A stretch of 64,000 nt of DNA from IMG/VR virus record IMGVR_UViG_3300029197_000003, one strand, 5' to 3'. The notes under the pieces are model-generated. The model was not told the DNA's origin. It saw only the letters and a list, made by a program, of their open reading frames with translations, and made no database searches. The position numbers and the translations under genes were made by a program. Shown here one piece after another: positions 60,394-64,000 of this stretch (positions are counted from its first letter, which is position 1; every line of letters begins with the position of its first letter). This DNA is from a virus.

Positions 60394-60987
60394 TTATTTC
60401 TTAATCATGTTGAAGTCGGCCCAAAGCTTGATGAATTGTTGGCCACAATACGTGGCGAGAGCTTCGCTCTTAAAGCAAAGGCGAGAATCGAAGACCGCAC
60501 CCGAACCCGAGGGGGCGTCAAACGAGGTCGAAAAAGCGAAGCCCGCCCAGTCTCTTGAATAGTCGCCTGTTGATATGAGGTGTCGGTCGGCTTTCCACTC
60601 GTCACTCTTCTCTGACAGTTCTTCTTCCGTCCATAGCGTGAACCAAGGATACCAACGTTCCTCGTCTTCTGTGAACTGAGGCTTCCAACCCTCATTCAGG
60701 GCGGCGGCGATGATGCGAAGCTTCATGTATGCGAGGATGTCTCTGTTTTCCTCTGCAACCTCGGGGTCACGCAGATTTGTGTTCTGATAAGCGAGAACAA
60801 AGGAGTGGTCTGCGCCTAACTCACGGCAAGCGTCCTCAAATGTCTTCACACGTTCTATAATCGGGCGATTTACGACTGTCTGTGCCTCTGTTTCTTTCAA
60901 TTCGGGTAAGAGCGCGAGAAGAACTTTTTTGACGCTCTCATCGGCTGTTTTCAAAGCAGCCTTTGCGTTTTCAATCTTGATTTCCAT
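60394..60987 (-). CDS. hypothetical protein
   Basis: ORF track, 197 aa. Confidence 0.5.
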   Translation of the reverse strand: MEIKIENAKAALKTADESVKKVLLALLPELKETEAQTVVNRPIIERVKTFEDACRELGADHSFVLAYQNTNLRDPEVAEENRDILAYMKLRIIAAALNEGWKPQFTEDEERWYPWFTLWTEEELSEKSDEWKADRHLISTGDYSRDWAGFAFSTSFDAPSGSGAVFDSRLCFKSEALATYCGQQFIKLWADFNMIKK

Positions 60988-61034
60988 AAATGCTGTTATT
61001 ATTTATAAAGATTCTTGTGGTCTGTAATATCCAT

Positions 61035-61080
61035 GATTGTTATGGTTTGATTGTTATGGTTTGATTGTTATGGTTTGATT
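61035..61080. repeat. 14-bp tandem repeat, about 3.3 copies (GATTGTTATGGTTT)
   Basis: Perfect copies lie at 61035-61048, 61049-61062 and 61063-61076, with a partial fourth copy. A related sequence, AATGGTTAGGGTTTGATT, lies at 60374-60391. Confidence 0.8.
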
Positions 61081-61523
61081 TTTACTCTTACCTTCCACAT
61101 GTCAAGAAGCGCTTGCAGTTCATGCACAGAGTCGATTTCGTACATAAACATCGCATCGTGCATTCTTCTTGAACCATCTGGGAGCAATATCGGGCAGAAC
61201 GCGTTATGAGATACCGCAGAAGGTCTAAGTCCGATGCTAATAGGCTCAAAATCTGCAAAGAGCACATTTACTCCATTCAATGACTTCTGCCATCCGTATG
61301 CTTTCAGTAGCCCTTCTGATAGCGGAAACGGCGACATATCTTCGTATGAAGAAATAGCCATTTGTCTGCCTCCATCTTCATATACCTCTCTATGACGAAT
61401 CGTACCGCTGATATTGTCAATACCTTCAACAATAGAGTATTTATAGCCTTCGTACTTGTTTTCTTTGGTGATAATATCGCCAATTCTTAATTCTATAATG
61501 TTTATCATTTTATGCCTCCTCAT
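61068..61523 (-). CDS. hypothetical protein
   Basis: ORF track, 151 aa. Confidence 0.5.
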   Translation of the reverse strand: MRRHKMINIIELRIGDIITKENKYEGYKYSIVEGIDNISGTIRHREVYEDGGRQMAISSYEDMSPFPLSEGLLKAYGWQKSLNGVNVLFADFEPISIGLRPSAVSHNAFCPILLPDGSRRMHDAMFMYEIDSVHELQALLDMWKVRVKIKP

Positions 61524-62274
61524 CTTTGACTTCTACACCGACAAGATGTTCATTCCCATCAAATGGTATGCAGTATTCGTAACATCCTCCAAGCGTTCTA
61601 TAATGATAGATGCCGAATTGCTCATAATGCGAAAACATATCTATCTTCCAGCTTTGTTTTCTGTTGCGAACAAGAACTTTATCGTAAGTATTAAAGTGTG
61701 GAGCTTTTTCTTCGACCATCGTTATTCTTCCGCAGTCGACAACAAAGGTGTACGATTGCTCCATCAATTCAAAGAAAAATTCACGCTGTTCATCTTCGGC
61801 TTTCTGATAATCTTTTGTGTTAACAGTCAAATGTTTTGGTCTAAACTCTTTTCCGCCAAATTCGCTTGGCTTGTCGAAGTAGTCAATTATGCTCATCTTT
61901 GTATAATTTCTTTTAGCCCAGCAATCAAAGACAAACATTTCGCCTTTTTGGTTGATAACGACATCACCATGTTTAAAGAACTTGTTCCAGTCACGCATTT
62001 CTGACGAAGGAAAAATAGTACATTCGCCGCTCTGCGCTTGCAACATTCTTCCGTTTGCGTCTAAAGGAATATCGACTGTGTTCGTGCTCTCGAGGACAAT
62101 AATACCATTGCTCGTGATACCTTTGAAGAACGCATTGCCAAACATAGTTGTGTATAGAATTATTTCATTGGGTTTATAATCGCGAAGAATCTCAGCGACA
62201 TTAACAGGTTCTTTTTCTGTTTTCTTCAATTCAGGCAGTGTGCAGCACTGCTCTGTGTCTTTATTAGTTGCCAT
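61510..62274 (-). CDS. hypothetical protein
   Basis: ORF track, 254 aa. Confidence 0.5.
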   Translation of the reverse strand: MATNKDTEQCCTLPELKKTEKEPVNVAEILRDYKPNEIILYTTMFGNAFFKGITSNGIIVLESTNTVDIPLDANGRMLQAQSGECTIFPSSEMRDWNKFFKHGDVVINQKGEMFVFDCWAKRNYTKMSIIDYFDKPSEFGGKEFRPKHLTVNTKDYQKAEDEQREFFFELMEQSYTFVVDCGRITMVEEKAPHFNTYDKVLVRNRKQSWKIDMFSHYEQFGIYHYRTLGGCYEYCIPFDGNEHLVGVEVKDEEA

Positions 62275-62285
62275 AGTTGTTTGTT

Positions 62286-62882
62286 TTATTCATTGTGTGT
62301 AAACATAGATTTCTCACGTTGCAATGGACTAAATGCGGAGACAGCCATCACAACGTAGCTGTAGAACTTGCCGCGGATGTTGAAGAAACCACTACCGAAG
62401 TAGACGAACCATGCGTTCCAACTGCTGTTCTCTGAACTACTCCAGCCCCAATCATCTTCATCGAACTGGTCGGCATTAAGCATTTTCAACACCTCGTTCA
62501 ATTCATCACGATAAGCGATAATCGTTCCAAGCTCATACAAACTTGGAAGATACCACTGGAGGTCGCCTTTCTTGTACTGCCAGCAACGCATAGCAGCAGT
62601 CATATCTTCGCCATCTTCCTCGTTCTGCTTCACAATATTGCGAGTAAGCTCCAGTCCACTCAATGTCTGCAAGGCTTCTGCTTCACCGCACTCCTTATTG
62701 AAGACTTTGCGGTTTCTCTCGCTGCACCAGATTTCATTCCACTGGTCAAGAGAAATAATCACACCTATCACCTCCGTTTGAAGGATGACGCCGATTAAAT
62801 CGCCTCTGTCAATACGGCCATTCTGATAGTCTTCAACTGATGCGATGCCTTGATTTGTCTTTAGGGATATTAAATGTTTCAT
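62286..62882 (-). CDS. DUF1566 (Lcl C-terminal)-like domain protein
   Basis: WYLPSLYELGTI...WGWSSSENSSWNAWFVYFGSGFFNIRGKFYSYVVMAVSAF follows the W-x-LP-x-x-x-EL ... WSS ... AW ... F..G ... V pattern of that family. Confidence 0.45.
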   Translation of the reverse strand: MKHLISLKTNQGIASVEDYQNGRIDRGDLIGVILQTEVIGVIISLDQWNEIWCSERNRKVFNKECGEAEALQTLSGLELTRNIVKQNEEDGEDMTAAMRCWQYKKGDLQWYLPSLYELGTIIAYRDELNEVLKMLNADQFDEDDWGWSSSENSSWNAWFVYFGSGFFNIRGKFYSYVVMAVSAFSPLQREKSMFTHNE

Positions 62883-63136
62883 AATTCCTCAAATTCCTTT
62901 CTATAATCCTCTAAATTCTTTCTTATGCACTTCTCCACTAAATCTTCTATCTCGCTACGTTGTGCCTCAGAAAGAAACGGATAAACACTAAAGCCATCCG
63001 TTGTGCGCACACCTTTAAGACGAATTTCAAACGTATATCCTCCATCAATCTTCTCTATCGCCTCAGAGATGAATTTCATTTCCTCGGCTATCTTGTTAAT
63101 CATTCTAAGTCTTTCTTCTGTCATGATTTTAGTCAA
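62879..63136 (-). CDS. hypothetical protein
   Basis: ORF track, 85 aa. Confidence 0.45.
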   Translation of the reverse strand: MTKIMTEERLRMINKIAEEMKFISEAIEKIDGGYTFEIRLKGVRTTDGFSVYPFLSEAQRSEIEDLVEKCIRKNLEDYRKEFEEL

Positions 63137-63141
63137 TTAAA

Positions 63142-63372
63142 TTATTCATCTCGTGTGATTTTATATCCTCGCATTACAAGCTCGTAAATAATATCATCCT
63201 CGCCAAGTAGGTCAACAGCCTTATTCGCGCCAAGCGCTTTGATAAAATCTTGTCTCTGATATAATTCAAGACATTCGAAACATTCATACACGAAATCTAT
63301 CTTCTCAGATTCAGGCAGGCAGTCCATTATGTTACCTGTATCCATGTCGTTATATATTCTATATTCACTCAT
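63142..63372 (-). CDS. hypothetical protein
   Basis: ORF track, 76 aa. Confidence 0.45.
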   Translation of the reverse strand: MSEYRIYNDMDTGNIMDCLPESEKIDFVYECFECLELYQRQDFIKALGANKAVDLLGEDDIIYELVMRGYKITRDE

Positions 63373-63376
63373 AATA

Positions 63377-63955
63377 TTACCATTTATCTTCTAATAATTT
63401 TACCAAACCTTTACCATCGCGGAATCTGTCAGTCACAGCGTTTACGCACCTGCACACATATTCATCCTTGTTGAGATTAACGTCCCTACTTCCGCGAATG
63501 AATATCCGCTTTTTTATCAATTCTTCAAGAGAACAAAGGAGAGTTATAAGCGTCTCAGTGTTGTAGTCGTAGATACCTTTGATATATGAGTAATCTCTGT
63601 ATTTCTCCATGTCTCCTTTGCGGCAGGCATCTGCCAACTCTGCAACAATTCTCGTGCATTCCAACTGGGCATACAAGGCAGGGTCTGTCAAACATAGCTT
63701 ACAAGCCTGCATCATGCAGTAACGCAGCGCATCATATTTCTCTTTCATGTGCTCGCTGAAGGTGTCAACGAAGTGGTCATAGCCTTCAATATACCTTTCT
63801 TTCTGAATGACATTATACATCCAAGCATTCAGCCTCGCCACCTCGTCAACAATTCTTCTGCACGTCCGCTTGACTTCATGTCGATATATGTCCTTCCGCT
63901 TTGCAAGCGTGTCTACAGCATCACGTGCAAGCTTCATGGCATATTCAACGCGCAT
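63377..63955 (-). CDS. hypothetical protein
   Basis: ORF track, 192 aa. Confidence 0.5.
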   Translation of the reverse strand: MRVEYAMKLARDAVDTLAKRKDIYRHEVKRTCRRIVDEVARLNAWMYNVIQKERYIEGYDHFVDTFSEHMKEKYDALRYCMMQACKLCLTDPALYAQLECTRIVAELADACRKGDMEKYRDYSYIKGIYDYNTETLITLLCSLEELIKKRIFIRGSRDVNLNKDEYVCRCVNAVTDRFRDGKGLVKLLEDKW

Positions 63956-64000
63956 GAAGTGAAGGTAACATAATGCAGTGCAAATGCCGTATTCACGCCG

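Noticed and set aside
61035-61080. Short tandem repeats considered as a CRISPR array.
   Set aside because: The repeats are contiguous 14-mers with no spacers. No cas genes or leader are present in the window.

Overview
This window is an internal 64-kb stretch of a large temperate tailed dsDNA phage or prophage. The host is probably Bacteroidota: TAnnTTTG -7 boxes sit at several operon starts and the tyrosine integrase is of the Bacteroidales type. Both window edges still lie in phage genes.

Modules from left to right:
1. 1-7453, minus strand: nucleotide metabolism, replication and a lambdoid-style recombination block. It contains a MazG-like gene, an initiator with internal iterons, NinG, NinB, SSB, a PD-(D/E)XK exonuclease and ERF.
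2. 6891-7856: three tRNA-like elements and one nested-stem RNA, interleaved with ORFs.
3. 8004-12298: lysogeny region. It has two HTH regulators (one an S24 LexA/CI-type repressor), small membrane proteins, the integrase and a candidate attP.
4. 13677-33515: one uninterrupted 6,612-aa ORF. It combines a PPase-like domain, an N6-adenine methyltransferase, an SNF2 helicase, two HExxxH modules, two small His-rich nuclease-like modules and a membrane-spanning C-terminal region. It is best explained as a virion-delivered polyvalent protein.
5. 33512-50393: low-complexity internal proteins, portal, a lysis cassette (GH108 endolysin, holin candidate, unimolecular spanin), three tail-fibre genes sharing an N-terminal module with embedded GT2, PLC-like and holin-family genes, capsid and scaffold.
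6. 50518-56248, plus strand: a small protein containing a long hairpin, a minimal rhomboid protease, the large terminase and tandem paralogs.
7. 56422-63955: a 951-aa structural protein and ten small unknown genes.

All family assignments come from motifs read by eye. No HMM, BLAST or RNA-folding run was possible.
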